Translations under genes and position numbers: made by a program
Part shown: in pieces, positions 20,972 to 31,179 of the stretch
How positions within the stretch are numbered: position 1 is the stretch's first letter
Layout of the letters: every line of letters begins with the position of its first letter
Assembly (NCBI GenBank): GCA_963667845.2
Contig: CAXXVL010000001.1
Coordinates: 192,001-256,000, forward strand
Length of the DNA: 64,000 bases
From: Smithellaceae bacterium
GTDB lineage: Bacteria > Desulfobacterota > Syntrophia > Syntrophales > Smithellaceae
Direction of reading: 5' to 3'
The notes under the pieces: generated by a model
Databases searched by the model: none
What the model saw: the letters and a program-made list of their open reading frames with translations, nothing else
Told to the model about the DNA's origin: nothing

Positions 20972-21490
20972 TTATTTCTCCATTTCCACTCGGAAGCGGC
21001 ATGTTTTATCGCCCTTCACCAGTAATTGGCTGAAACCTTGCGGCTTGAATTTCGGGTTCAGGCTCTCCATCATTCCGCACATGGATGCGTCCAGCAGTAT
21101 CTCACAAAGCTCCGGTTGCTTGGACCAGATGCCGGCTATGGGGCAGGTGTATACTTCTTTTTCAAAGGCTTCGGGCGTTGTCTCAAGATAACCATGCCAG
21201 AAATTGGCAAAGGTATCATCCATGCAGTCCTGCAATTTGGGCAGGCCGCTGCAGTCTGCCATATCTTCCGGCTGGGAATCGGAGAGCTTCATCCACATTT
21301 TCGCGCTTCTTTGCCCCATGGTATGAAATTTCTCTTTCATCCGTTTGACGTATTCTTCGCCTCCCAGCTCTTTGCCGGTATCATACGCCATGACAACATA
21401 CAGAGCCAGGACCTGCATCCAGCTTTTATAGCGTTTGCACATCTCCTCTTCGCTGACCGGATAATTTTCATAAGCGGGTTCTTCTTTCAT
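20972..21490 (-). CDS. L-2-amino-thiazoline-4-carboxylic acid hydrolase-like family protein
   Basis: TCPIAGIW..LC..NP..L.KGDKTCRF; GGAGG RBS. Confidence 0.65.
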   Translation of the reverse strand: MKEEPAYENYPVSEEEMCKRYKSWMQVLALYVVMAYDTGKELGGEEYVKRMKEKFHTMGQRSAKMWMKLSDSQPEDMADCSGLPKLQDCMDDTFANFWHGYLETTPEAFEKEVYTCPIAGIWSKQPELCEILLDASMCGMMESLNPKFKPQGFSQLLVKGDKTCRFRVEMEK

Positions 21491-21545
21491 CACCATACCT
21501 CCAACGTTTTGTTTGAGCATTATAGATCATAACCATCGATCATCA

Positions 21546-23012
21546 TCAGGCTTTTTCAGCTTTGATTCCGTCTCGTCTTCGATAGTACTCCCGCACGGCC
21601 GCTATGGATCTCGCGGCGCGCTCCGGGTCCTGATAAACAGGAACGCCGCGGGAAAGCAGGGTTCTGGCCATTTTTTCCTGAAGACTCCGGTAGGTAAACC
21701 CGACAATCGGTTTATCGGGGTGCAGTTGGGTCAGGCTCATGAACTTATCCGTATAACTCACGAGCATTTTATCCACTTCCTGCGGAATCGACTCCTCGGG
21801 AACACCCATCTCCCGCAGAATGCGCTCGATCATCAGGCCCGGATACAGAAAATAAGACAAGAGTATATCCGCCTGAGCATCCTGAAGCAGGATATCCGGG
21901 ATATTAAAATAATCCTCCGCAGGATTTTTACTGAAGGTCATATCGACCGGGTTGGCCACGCTGGCCGTCTTGGGGATCAATGGTTTAAGTTTTTCCACGG
22001 TTTGAGGTGAGAGGCGGGGCAGTTTGAGCCCCGAGCGTCCGCAGGAGTCCGCCGCCGTGGCGCCGGGACCGCCGGAATGGGTCTGAATGATGACCTTGTT
22101 TCCTTTGGGACGCGGCAGCGTTCCCAGGGCCAGGGCAAAATCAAAAAGTTCCGTGAGCGTCTGGGCGCGGATAATGCCGCACTGCCGGAAAATACCGTCA
22201 TAGATTTCGTTGGGCCCCGACAGGGAGCCGGTATGAGACAGTCCCGCCAGCTTTCCCGCTTCCGATCCGCCCACATAAAGAGCGACAATCGGTTTATGAC
22301 GCGTTATCGCCTTTGCCGTTTTGACGAACTTATCTCCGCGGTTGATTCCTTCGACATACAGGGTAATGACTTTTGTGTTGGGGCAAGCGCCCAGGTATTC
22401 CAGGCAGTCCACGATATCAATATTGGCTTCATTCCCCACGCTCAGTGCCGCGCTGAAACCCATTCCGTGACGGTGGAGGTAATTGAACATCTGCGTGATG
22501 AAGCTGCCGCTCTGCGAGGCCAAACCGACAAAACCGGCCGGGCCTTCCGCTTGAATGGGGGTGGGATTGAGCTTGAGGTGCGGGTTGGCCACGCCCAGAC
22601 AATTCGGTCCGAGAAAACGAATGCCGTAATGGCGGGCAACCGCCTCCAATTTTTTTTGCAGTTTTGCGCCTTCAGGGCCGGCCTCCCGGAAGCCTCCCGA
22701 AACAACAATGGCACTGCGGACGCCTCTCTTCCCGCAATCTTCCAGGGTCTGACAGACAATTTCGGTGGGCAGCACGATGATGGCCAGGTCGGGAATTTCC
22801 GGCACATCCAAAATGCTGGTGTAGGCCGTAAGTCCGCGAACTTCTTTTTCGCTGGGATGAATCGGAAATATCTTTCCTTCATAGCCCAGCAACTGCACCG
22901 ACGAAAGCATGATCGATCCCATGCGCATGAACGTATTGGAGGCGCCGAAGAAGGCGATGCTGGTCGGGTTGACAATCGGATAGAGAGGACTTTCTTGAAT
23001 CGAGCGAATCAT
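21546..23012 (-). CDS. ADP-forming acyl-CoA synthetase alpha-type subunit (CoA-binding protein, no ATP-grasp domain)
   Basis: NPTSIAFFGAS, SGGFREAG, GPNCLG, SQSGS, SVGNEA, SHTGSL (phospho-His), NPVDM. Confidence 0.9.
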   Translation of the reverse strand: MIRSIQESPLYPIVNPTSIAFFGASNTFMRMGSIMLSSVQLLGYEGKIFPIHPSEKEVRGLTAYTSILDVPEIPDLAIIVLPTEIVCQTLEDCGKRGVRSAIVVSGGFREAGPEGAKLQKKLEAVARHYGIRFLGPNCLGVANPHLKLNPTPIQAEGPAGFVGLASQSGSFITQMFNYLHRHGMGFSAALSVGNEANIDIVDCLEYLGACPNTKVITLYVEGINRGDKFVKTAKAITRHKPIVALYVGGSEAGKLAGLSHTGSLSGPNEIYDGIFRQCGIIRAQTLTELFDFALALGTLPRPKGNKVIIQTHSGGPGATAADSCGRSGLKLPRLSPQTVEKLKPLIPKTASVANPVDMTFSKNPAEDYFNIPDILLQDAQADILLSYFLYPGLMIERILREMGVPEESIPQEVDKMLVSYTDKFMSLTQLHPDKPIVGFTYRSLQEKMARTLLSRGVPVYQDPERAARSIAAVREYYRRRDGIKAEKA

Positions 23013-23183
23013 TTTTATACCTGCCTTAAAAATTTGCTGTTCGGAATAATACCGGAGAAGAACGATCTCTTCGGGGCACATTCGGAATGAAGCAGCCCAT
23101 GCGTAGCAGAAAGTTGACGAGTATTCAAGAATGCAGATAAAATAAGACTGCGCTGTGTGATGAAGAATACCCCTTGATTTTTT

Positions 23184-23282
23184 ATCCCGCTCGCGCGGGA
23201 CGAGCGTTAATTCCCTGTCGCTTACTGCGAAATAATGACGTTCATTTCATGCCTCGACAGCTTGCTGAGAGGTGGTTGATTA
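23184..23282 (-). repeat. REP-like dispersed repeat, long form, copy 2
   Basis: Shares both hairpins and the ATGAAATGAACGTCA core with copies 3 and 5. Confidence 0.9.
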
Positions 23283-23578
23283 AACGCAGAGGGCGCAAGA
23301 TCCCGGCCGCAGCGGATTGATCCGGACCCTGAGCGGTTGGTCGGAAGGTAATAAACATCCGGGCAAAATGATTGACTGCACGATGGGCGGCGGGCATATC
23401 CCGGCGGGCCCCCGTTCCTGACTCCCGCCCATACCCGTATCCGGCAAAGAAGCAATAAAGAATTGACTTTTGCATAAGCTGTTTTAAATTATTTTCCATA
23501 AATTTAAGACATACTCATTGGATCCGTACCGGTTCAATTGATCCAGTGACCGGGTTTATTGGTGCGGAGGTCTTCTTT

Positions 23579-24559
23579 ATGAGAAAAATATTCGCCTTAT
23601 TAAAGCAATCTCAAATATTACGATCACTGGCCAGGTGGATCGATTCCGACACGCCGGAATTGGTTAAAGTCGGAAGAAAGGGAAGATATGACCTGGTCCG
23701 CGGTATACCGCTCGCGGCGGTGCACCTGATGTGCCTGGCTCCCTTCATTGTCGGCTGGAGCTGGGTGGCGGTGAATACGGCTATTGCGCTCTATGTCATA
23801 CGAATGTTCGCGATTACGGGATTTTATCATCGTTATTTTTCCCATCGGACTTTCAAGACGAACAGGGTCATGCAGTTTCTTTTCGCGGTTCTCGGCAATT
23901 CCGCTTTGCAGCGCGGCCCGTTATGGTGGGCCGCCAATCACCGGCATCATCACCTGTATGCCGATAAACCCGAAGATTTTCATTCCCCGTCGCAGCTTGG
24001 ATTCGTGAGGGCGCATGTCGGATGGGTGCTTGACCGTAATAATTTCAAAACGAGATATGAATATGTAAAGGACTGGGTAAAGTTTCCCGAGCTTGTCTGG
24101 TTGAACCGTTTCGATATCGTCGTCCCCGTTATATTTGCCGTCCTGATTTTTTTGGCCGGACATCTCCTTGCCGCGTATGCCCCTGAGCTTAAAACAAACG
24201 GGATACAGATGCTCGTGTGGGGGTTTTTCATCTCCAGTATCGCGGTTATGCATGCGACATTCACGATAAACTCTTTTGACCACATGTTCGGTTTTCGCAG
24301 GTATAATACCGATGATACGAGCAGGAACAATGTCCTTCTCGCAATTCTCACCCTGGGAGAAGGATGGCACAATAATCATCATCATTACGCAGTTTCCAAC
24401 CGGAACGGTTTTTACTGGTGGGAGATAGACCTGACTTACTATCTCGTTATGCTGCTGTCTGTGCTGGGAATTGTCCATGACGTCCGGCCCCTGCCCCAGA
24501 CAATTAGAGAGTCCGGCAAAATCATGAACCTGAAATCGGAAAACAATTCGGGCCAATAG
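23579..24559 (+). CDS. Membrane fatty acyl-CoA desaturase (delta-9-like)
   Basis: His boxes HRYFSH, HRHHH and GEGWHNNHH; WWEIDLTY. Confidence 0.9.
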   Translation: MRKIFALLKQSQILRSLARWIDSDTPELVKVGRKGRYDLVRGIPLAAVHLMCLAPFIVGWSWVAVNTAIALYVIRMFAITGFYHRYFSHRTFKTNRVMQFLFAVLGNSALQRGPLWWAANHRHHHLYADKPEDFHSPSQLGFVRAHVGWVLDRNNFKTRYEYVKDWVKFPELVWLNRFDIVVPVIFAVLIFLAGHLLAAYAPELKTNGIQMLVWGFFISSIAVMHATFTINSFDHMFGFRRYNTDDTSRNNVLLAILTLGEGWHNNHHHYAVSNRNGFYWWEIDLTYYLVMLLSVLGIVHDVRPLPQTIRESGKIMNLKSENNSGQ

Positions 24560-24706
24560 GGAGACGCCCGCAACATTCGGAATGAACGGACGGAAATTGC
24601 CAGAAAAGGTGTCCTGGCCAAGCCTCGTTCCCGGTCCTCAATCTTCCGTTTTATGCGCAGCGACTCCGGAGCGTTTATTTGTTCCGCACACGGGCTCAAG
24701 ATTTCC

Positions 24707-24736
24707 TTGACGAGCGGGGGCCATGTCCACTACACT
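24707..24736 (+). promoter_or_regulatory. Possible sigma70 promoter
   Basis: TTGACG-N18-TACACT. Confidence 0.4.
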
Positions 24737-24738
24737 TG

Positions 24739-25029
24739 CGCCGGGTGACGGGCAAACGTATTCACCGGTAAGCCGACGCCTGTGCCGGCGCGGTCGGCCT
24801 GTTTTCGTGACACCATCGGACGTGATGACCTATTGCTTCAAGAATGCGACGCAAACCGGCGGGGCGACTTCGGCGAGAGCCCGCAATCCGGTAAAAAAAA
24901 CCGGCTAAGACTGTTCAAGACGAAGACGGCGGTGGGCAGCGGCAAGGTTGTATCTAAGCCGGGTTCCCTAACCGATCCAAAAGCAGCGTCAAAACTTTCC
25001 TGTTAACAGAGCCTTGACTGATCCCGGCG
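24739..25029 (+). ncRNA. Candidate structured RNA or leader, family unassigned
   Basis: End-to-end stem CGCCGGG/CCCGGCG, several internal helices, GGGCAAA..ACGCAAA bracket. Confidence 0.3.
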
Positions 25030-25094
25030 AATATGCGGCGACTCAGGGGCTCCTTTAGAAAATGCAACAAAAAACCATCTCCGGGAGGTGAACT

Positions 25095-25367
25095 ATGTCT
25101 GATGTCAAAGTAACCGTCAAATCGGTCAAGGGATTCTGCTCCGCCGGATACAAACCCGGCGACTATTTCATGCTCAGGGACGGACTGATGATCGAAGCGG
25201 GAAAGCCCGCGGGGCTTTGCATCTTTGCGCTCCCGGCTCTGATCCCCTATTTGACTGCCTATTGCCGCGAAACCCCTCCGGAGGACTGGATCAATAACAA
25301 ACGAGAACTTCAATGCCCGGATAACGATAATGCCGTTATTTTCGGATTGGAGCGTGGGGATAAATAG
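25095..25367 (+). CDS. TIGR04076 family protein
   Basis: VKG.C.AGYKPGD.F, LCIFAL, QCPD..N.V.F.LER; GGAGGTG RBS. Confidence 0.8.
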   Translation: MSDVKVTVKSVKGFCSAGYKPGDYFMLRDGLMIEAGKPAGLCIFALPALIPYLTAYCRETPPEDWINNKRELQCPDNDNAVIFGLERGDK

Positions 25368-25749
25368 GTGGAAGAATCAGCGTCGCGTTGCGATCGTGTC
25401 ATTTTCTCCACGGGCTGCTGCCGGATTACCCAAAGCCGCGTGACCGGTATGGACATATTTGCGGCGAATATGATAAGCGGGAATTGCCCGCAACAAAAGG
25501 GAATACAAAAATAGATGCGGAAGCGGCGGATCGCCGGCATGGGGTGCTCCGGACGTTGCACCGCTGGCCGGAGGAGTCATGTCAGTCCAAAGAGGTATGA
25601 TCAAGAACTGAAGATAGAGAGAAGGAGATTCGCGGGCAATCTGACGGGAAGACTGACCGCGCATGAAGTGATGGCCGCTTTCCGCTATACATTTTAAGAA
25701 AATAAAGACGGCGTTTTCATTGAATGTATGAAATAAGACGCTATATTTA

Positions 25750-25840
25750 ATCCCGCTCACGCGGGACGAGCGTTCCCCGTAGCGTGCGGCGCAATAATGA
25801 CGTTCATTTCATACCTCGACAGCTTGCTGCGAGGTGGTTA
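25750..25840 (-). repeat. REP-like dispersed repeat, long form, copy 3
   Basis: Aligns by eye with 23184..23282 and 51930..52023. Confidence 0.9.
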
Positions 25841-25872
25841 ACTAACTGTAAATAAAACTAGGGAGAACTTGT

Positions 25873-27831
25873 ATGAAAAATCTGGACCAATTGCTGGCGC
25901 CTTTCAAAATCAAATCGATGGAGATTCGCAACCGGCTTGTGATGCCGCCTATGGGAACGCGGCTGGGAAACGATGACGGCAGCGTGAGCGAGGCTAACCT
26001 TGCTTATATGAAACGGCGGGCGCAAAGCGGCGCCGGGCTGATCATCACCGAAATTACGGAAGTTCACCCTCTGGGGTCCGCTTCACCCCGGTCGCTGGCC
26101 GTTTGGGATGACAAATACATCCCCGGACTCAAAAAGCTGGCCGATGTGGTTCACGCCCAGGGCGGCAAGGTGGCCATGCAGCTCCATCACACGGGGCGCG
26201 AGAATGTCGCGCTGCTGCGCACCGGCGAGGCGATCGGACCTTCGGCCATTCGCAGCTTCCGGTTTCCGCAATTAGGGATTCCGCGCGAGATGACGAAGGA
26301 ACTGATCCGCGAGACGATTGCCTCTTTCGGGGCCGCAGCCGTCCGCGCCAGGACCGCGGGGTTTGATGCCGTAGAGCTCCACGCGGCGCATGGCTATCTG
26401 CTGATGCAGTTTCTGTCCGCGCACTGCAATCATCGGCAGGATGAATACGGCGGGGACTTCCGGGCCAGAGCCCGCTTTATTGTCGAATGCCTGCACGAGG
26501 TTCGCCGCAAGGCCGGCGAGGATTTTCCCATTTCACTTCGGCTTTCCTGTGAAGAATGCATTATCGACGGTTATACCGTTGAGGATGTTCAGACAATCAT
26601 TCCGGATCTGGTTTCGGCCGGCGCCGATATGATCGATGTCTCTTTCGGCACCCACGCCAACGCGGAAGTGAGCGTCGGCCCGCCCAACGCGAGCGCCCCG
26701 GTCGAGTATGAGCAGGGATTTAAAGCATGGCTTGCGCGCAAGATCAAGGACGTGACGGATGTGCCCGTGATCAGCGTCGGCAGGTACTGCGATCCCTACC
26801 TGATGAATGACGTCATCGTCCGCGGCGACGCGGACCTGGTTGCGGTGGCCCGCCAGCACCTTGCGGACCCCGACTTTCTCAAAAACGCCGTCGAGGGCCA
26901 TCCGGAAGATACCTGCGAATGTCTGGCCTGCAATCAGGGATGCATCGAGCGGCTGATTTTTGAACAGAAATCGATCCGCTGCGCTATCAATCCCGAGACG
27001 GGGCAGGAGCTCATCCGCCCCGCGGGCAAGGCGGTGCAAAGCCGCCGGGTCTGGGTCATCGGGGGCGGACCCGGGGGGCTCACCGCGGCGCTGGAGGCGG
27101 TAAGACTGGGCCACAGCGTGACGCTCTTTGAAAAGGAATTAAAGACAGGAGGGCAGATCCGCTATGCCGAGAAGGCGCCCCATAAAGCCGTTTACGGAAA
27201 ATGGATTGAAACGCTCACGCACAACTGCGGGAAGCGGGGCGTGGAAATAAAGACGGGCACGGAAGTCACGGAGGAGATGATCAAGAAGGGCAAGCCCGAC
27301 GTTGTTATTCTGGCGACGGGCGGGGACAAGGCCGCCTGTCCGGTTTCCGGCGTCACGTCATCCGTCGTTTGCGACGCCTGGCAGATTCTGAACGGCGAGG
27401 TCGATCTCAAAGATAATACCGTTGTCATCGGGGCGGGCCCGGTGGGGATGGAAACGGCCGATTTCCTTTGCGACAAAGGCGTGAAGAACGTCATCCTGGT
27501 GGAAATGCTGGCCGATATGCCGGTTCCTCCGCTGGGCGCTCACAACACGATGGTGCACAGGCGCCTCGAAGCGGCCGGGGCCACGTTCATGCTCAATACC
27601 CGTGTGGAGAAGATCGAAGAAGGGTCCGTCACGGTCCGGACGGGTGGTGTCGAGAAAAAAATCGAACCCGTCGGCCAGGTGATCATTGCTGTCGGAATCA
27701 CCCCGAGACAGCGTTTCAAGGAGATGCTCGCCAAAAATAATATTCGCCACTTCATCGTCGGCGACGCCATAGAGCCGCGCCGCATTATTGAAGCGACAAC
27801 CGAAGGGGCACAGGCGGCCTGGGATATCTGA
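25873..27831 (+). CDS. NADH:flavin oxidoreductase (OYE TIM barrel, Fe-S and FAD domains; 2,4-dienoyl-CoA reductase-like)
   Basis: NRLVMPPM, ELHAAHGYL, R.DEYGG, CLACNQGC..CAINP, VIGGGPGG. Confidence 0.9.
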   Translation: MKNLDQLLAPFKIKSMEIRNRLVMPPMGTRLGNDDGSVSEANLAYMKRRAQSGAGLIITEITEVHPLGSASPRSLAVWDDKYIPGLKKLADVVHAQGGKVAMQLHHTGRENVALLRTGEAIGPSAIRSFRFPQLGIPREMTKELIRETIASFGAAAVRARTAGFDAVELHAAHGYLLMQFLSAHCNHRQDEYGGDFRARARFIVECLHEVRRKAGEDFPISLRLSCEECIIDGYTVEDVQTIIPDLVSAGADMIDVSFGTHANAEVSVGPPNASAPVEYEQGFKAWLARKIKDVTDVPVISVGRYCDPYLMNDVIVRGDADLVAVARQHLADPDFLKNAVEGHPEDTCECLACNQGCIERLIFEQKSIRCAINPETGQELIRPAGKAVQSRRVWVIGGGPGGLTAALEAVRLGHSVTLFEKELKTGGQIRYAEKAPHKAVYGKWIETLTHNCGKRGVEIKTGTEVTEEMIKKGKPDVVILATGGDKAACPVSGVTSSVVCDAWQILNGEVDLKDNTVVIGAGPVGMETADFLCDKGVKNVILVEMLADMPVPPLGAHNTMVHRRLEAAGATFMLNTRVEKIEEGSVTVRTGGVEKKIEPVGQVIIAVGITPRQRFKEMLAKNNIRHFIVGDAIEPRRIIEATTEGAQAAWDI

Positions 27832-28052
27832 AACGGATCGCGCGTGACGTCAAGTCGAAGACGGGCTCATGTGTAAACAGAACAGAAAAGATCCGGGAAT
27901 GCAATTCAGGCGGTTCAGGTTCATTGGAGGCTTGCCTCCGGTTTGGTCCCGGGAAAGGACCAAACCGGATGTGTTGATATCTTTGAGGGCGGCAATGCCC
28001 CAGCCGGCGGAAAGAAGAGCCGATATCTTTCCTCGCCGCGCCCCAAACCTCT

Positions 28053-29522
28053 TCAGGTAAGAGCGGGCAACGTTAAGTCTGTTTTATTTTGCCTGCCCTT
28101 GACGACCACAGCCAGTTCAACAACATAACGCTTCAACTGCTGGGCCTGACTGCTCATCTGCGCCGAGGCGCCGGCGGACTCCTCCGCTATGGCGGCCGCC
28201 TCCTGAACCACTTTGTCCATCTCGCCCACGGCCAGGCTGACCTGATTGATTCCTTTGGCCTGCTCCTGAGAGGCAGCGGCAATTTCATCGATGAGATTGC
28301 CGATCTTTCCGGCGATCAAAACATTTTCTTTAAAGGCTTGCTGGGTCTGCAGCGTCAGATCATTGCTGTTTCTCACGGTGCCGATTGTGCCCTCGATCAG
28401 GCTGGATGTCGTCTTGGCGGCTTCTGCGGCCCGCATGGCCAGATTTCTTACTTCATCAGCCACGACGGCAAAGCCGGCGCCCGCTTCTCCCGCGCGGGCG
28501 GCTTCCACGGCGGCGTTAAGAGCCAGAAGATTGGTCTGAAAAGCGATCTCGTCTATGGTCTTGACGATCTTTCCCGTTTCCTCACTGGATTTAGTGACCT
28601 CATGAATAGCTGCGGCCATGGCATTCACATGTTTGTCGACGCGGCTGACGACAGCGTTAACCTCAGCCATCAGTTTTTTAGCCTGTCCGGCATTGTCGGC
28701 ATTTTGCTTCGTCATCGCATTAATTTCCTCCAGGGAGGCCGAGGTTTCCTCCAGGGTTGCGGCCTGTTCGGATGTTCCTTTCGCCAGAGACCGGCTCGAC
28801 AGCGTCACTTCGGCCGATGCCTGGTCAACCTGATTGGACGCTTCTCTCAGGCCCTCAACTACATGATTAATCGGCCGGGTAATGCTTTTGGTGATGAAGA
28901 GGGCAATCATGCTGCAGAGAAGAACGGCGGCGATTCCCAGGATGAGGATAACGGCCCCTCCGACAAGCGTCAGCGTCCCGGCCTCACTCGCCGCGTCATC
29001 GCTGTTCGTCTGGACAATCTGCGCCGCGTCATTCATGGCATTAAGAAATCTCGACTGGACGGGCAGCACCTGAATCATGATGATGTCGCCGGCTTCGGCG
29101 TTTCTGTTGGCCCGGCCGTATACGACGGATTTATCATAAAAGACCAGCATCGGCTCCACCGCTTCCTTGATCCGGATGAAAGCTTTCCGTTCCTGGGCCG
29201 ACGTCATGGTTTTGCCAAGGCGGTTTAAATTTTCGATAACCAATGTTCTGTTGATTCGATAAAAGTCTTCCTGCGTCTTCTGGACGCTTTCTTCAACCGT
29301 CAGCGCTATATTGGAGGCCGACCTGGCCATAACATCATATTGTTTCGCGATTTCATAAAAATATTTAAGTTGGGTGATCCTGACATTGGCAACTTCCGAG
29401 ATTCTGCTGTTCATAAGACCGACTTGAATGAGGCTGATCAGGGCAATAACCGCCAAAAAAGCAATGATTGTACCGAATCCCCAGATCAACTTCGTCCCCA
29501 GTTTCGCATTGAGCAATTTCAT
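28053..29522 (-). CDS. Methyl-accepting chemotaxis protein
   Basis: Two TMs flanking a helical sensor domain; [37 protein letters not shown]. Confidence 0.95.
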   Translation of the reverse strand: MKLLNAKLGTKLIWGFGTIIAFLAVIALISLIQVGLMNSRISEVANVRITQLKYFYEIAKQYDVMARSASNIALTVEESVQKTQEDFYRINRTLVIENLNRLGKTMTSAQERKAFIRIKEAVEPMLVFYDKSVVYGRANRNAEAGDIIMIQVLPVQSRFLNAMNDAAQIVQTNSDDAASEAGTLTLVGGAVILILGIAAVLLCSMIALFITKSITRPINHVVEGLREASNQVDQASAEVTLSSRSLAKGTSEQAATLEETSASLEEINAMTKQNADNAGQAKKLMAEVNAVVSRVDKHVNAMAAAIHEVTKSSEETGKIVKTIDEIAFQTNLLALNAAVEAARAGEAGAGFAVVADEVRNLAMRAAEAAKTTSSLIEGTIGTVRNSNDLTLQTQQAFKENVLIAGKIGNLIDEIAAASQEQAKGINQVSLAVGEMDKVVQEAAAIAEESAGASAQMSSQAQQLKRYVVELAVVVKGRQNKTDLTLPALT

Positions 29523-29794
29523 TCATTATCCCCTTTCTACGAGTGAACAAAAAAATATAGACATTGATTTATGTTACGATTAATATATCAATCGTTTATA
29601 TGCAAGAATACTTCTCATATGTCGACTGGCCCGGAAAATAACTTTAGCGAAAATGGTAAAATTTATGCCGATGTTCAAGAAATGCGGTGGATAAGACTAA
29701 CTGAATAGTTCTCGTCCGGTGTTTTTTGTTCCCGGTTCAAGGCGGCAGAACTGCATTTGAATACTCAAGCGATCATTAAGAAAGGACGAACGAA

Positions 29795-29965
29795 ATGAAA
29801 GAACATGGGTTTTTCGGCGGTATCTATGGAATGGCCTTTATCGGTGCGGCAATTTACTTTATCCAACATGCCACCACATTCTGGTCGGGCGTTCTCGGAT
29901 TCATCAAAGCCATTTTCTGGCCGGCATTCGTGATGTACAAAGTATTAGAGTATTTTAAGATGTAG
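29795..29965 (+). CDS. Small 56-aa membrane protein (not in ORF track)
   Basis: AAAGGA RBS; MKEHGFFGGIYGMAFIGAAIYFIQHATTFWSGVLGFIKAIFWPAFVMYKVLEYFKM. Confidence 0.75.
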   Translation: MKEHGFFGGIYGMAFIGAAIYFIQHATTFWSGVLGFIKAIFWPAFVMYKVLEYFKM

Positions 29966-30100
29966 AGAAGTTCGTCGGAAGTGGACGCTTCGCCGGTGCC
30001 GCTCTGCGCCGGGGCGAGCGAAAGTTAATTCATGTTTCGGAAGTGAATTTTGCTTTAAGAATACAGGCAGCTCTCTGCCGGACCCGGGAGGATCGCATTC

Positions 30101-31045
30101 ATGGCCAATCTGAAAATGATTCAGGATGTTGCCGCCAAAATCGGCATTGATTACGTGACCGGACAAAAAATGATTTACACCATCAAAGACGACTATCCCG
30201 TCCAGTTGTTTGAAGGGGCGGATGGCAATACGCCCGCCGTATTGGCGGTGATTCGGTTTGATGAGAGAGGCAAGGATGAGCTGATCAGGAAGATGCTGCT
30301 TCAAGACAAAAGTATTGCGCAGACCGGATTGAAATCGAAATCCATCGAAATTAAAGACGGGATCATTATCCTCAAATGGGTCAAGGGCCTTCTCGGGTAT
30401 CCGAAACCGGAAAAAATCGCCGGGCAATTCCTGAGCGTCTTTGCCGCCGTCAAATCGGTGACCGGCCGGCCCGGCGTAAAATGCCGGGTCTGTGAATCGA
30501 AAGACATCACGGGCCCCGTCCTGATTAACGGAATGGTAGATCGAATGTGCCCGAAATGCATCGAGAACATGCAAAAGGAAATTGAAAACGTTAAAGCCGC
30601 CTATGAGGCGCTGCCGATCAATTTCCCGCTGGCCATCGCTGTGGCTGTGGTCCTGGCGATTGCCGGCGCCGCACTCTGGGCGGGTGTGATCGCTGCCACT
30701 AGTAAAATGTACTGGATCATCGCCGTTTTGGTGGGGCTGGCCATCGGCTGGGTCACGGCGAAAGCGGCAGGGAAAGGAGGACTGCCCATACAGGTCATTG
30801 TCTTTTGCGCAACGTTCGTTTCCGTTCTTCTGGGAATGATTTTCTACATCGGCTATGTCTTCCAACATGAAGCCGCGAAAGCCGGGCAACAGGTTGAATG
30901 GGGTGCGTTCGTGGGGCATGTTCCTTATATCCTGATGCAGGCAAAAGGAGATGTCGCCTTTTCACTTGCCGGCGGAGTTGTGGGTGCGTTTTACGGCGCA
31001 TTAAAAGCAGGCAAACCCGATTTGTCGGTCAAAGTTGAAAAGTGA
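30101..31045 (+). CDS. Hypothetical membrane protein with CxxC..CxxC motif
   Basis: GGAGG RBS; CRVC..CPKC followed by about four TM helices. Confidence 0.75.
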   Translation: MANLKMIQDVAAKIGIDYVTGQKMIYTIKDDYPVQLFEGADGNTPAVLAVIRFDERGKDELIRKMLLQDKSIAQTGLKSKSIEIKDGIIILKWVKGLLGYPKPEKIAGQFLSVFAAVKSVTGRPGVKCRVCESKDITGPVLINGMVDRMCPKCIENMQKEIENVKAAYEALPINFPLAIAVAVVLAIAGAALWAGVIAATSKMYWIIAVLVGLAIGWVTAKAAGKGGLPIQVIVFCATFVSVLLGMIFYIGYVFQHEAAKAGQQVEWGAFVGHVPYILMQAKGDVAFSLAGGVVGAFYGALKAGKPDLSVKVEK

Positions 31046-31179
31046 AGGAATAACGGGGGTGACTTTGCTTTGGTCCCTGTCGATAAATAAACTTGATTCC
31101 CGGCCCGCGGGGGGATGGACAAAGAATCAACCACCTCCAGATCAGAATCGTCCGGGTTGCCGGGCGTCGCCGGTGAAGC

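Noticed and set aside
28089..29228. Long antisense ORFs (also 22077..23090, 17200..18180, 29945..30919, 38167..38988, 44154..45149)
   Set aside because: They are shadows or alternate frames of well-supported genes in GC-rich DNA and carry no motifs.
29619..29646. Sigma28 promoter for the MCP gene (TAAAGTTA-N12-GTCGACAT)
   Set aside because: Spacing is off by one and the -10 box matches only 5/8; plausible but not supportable.
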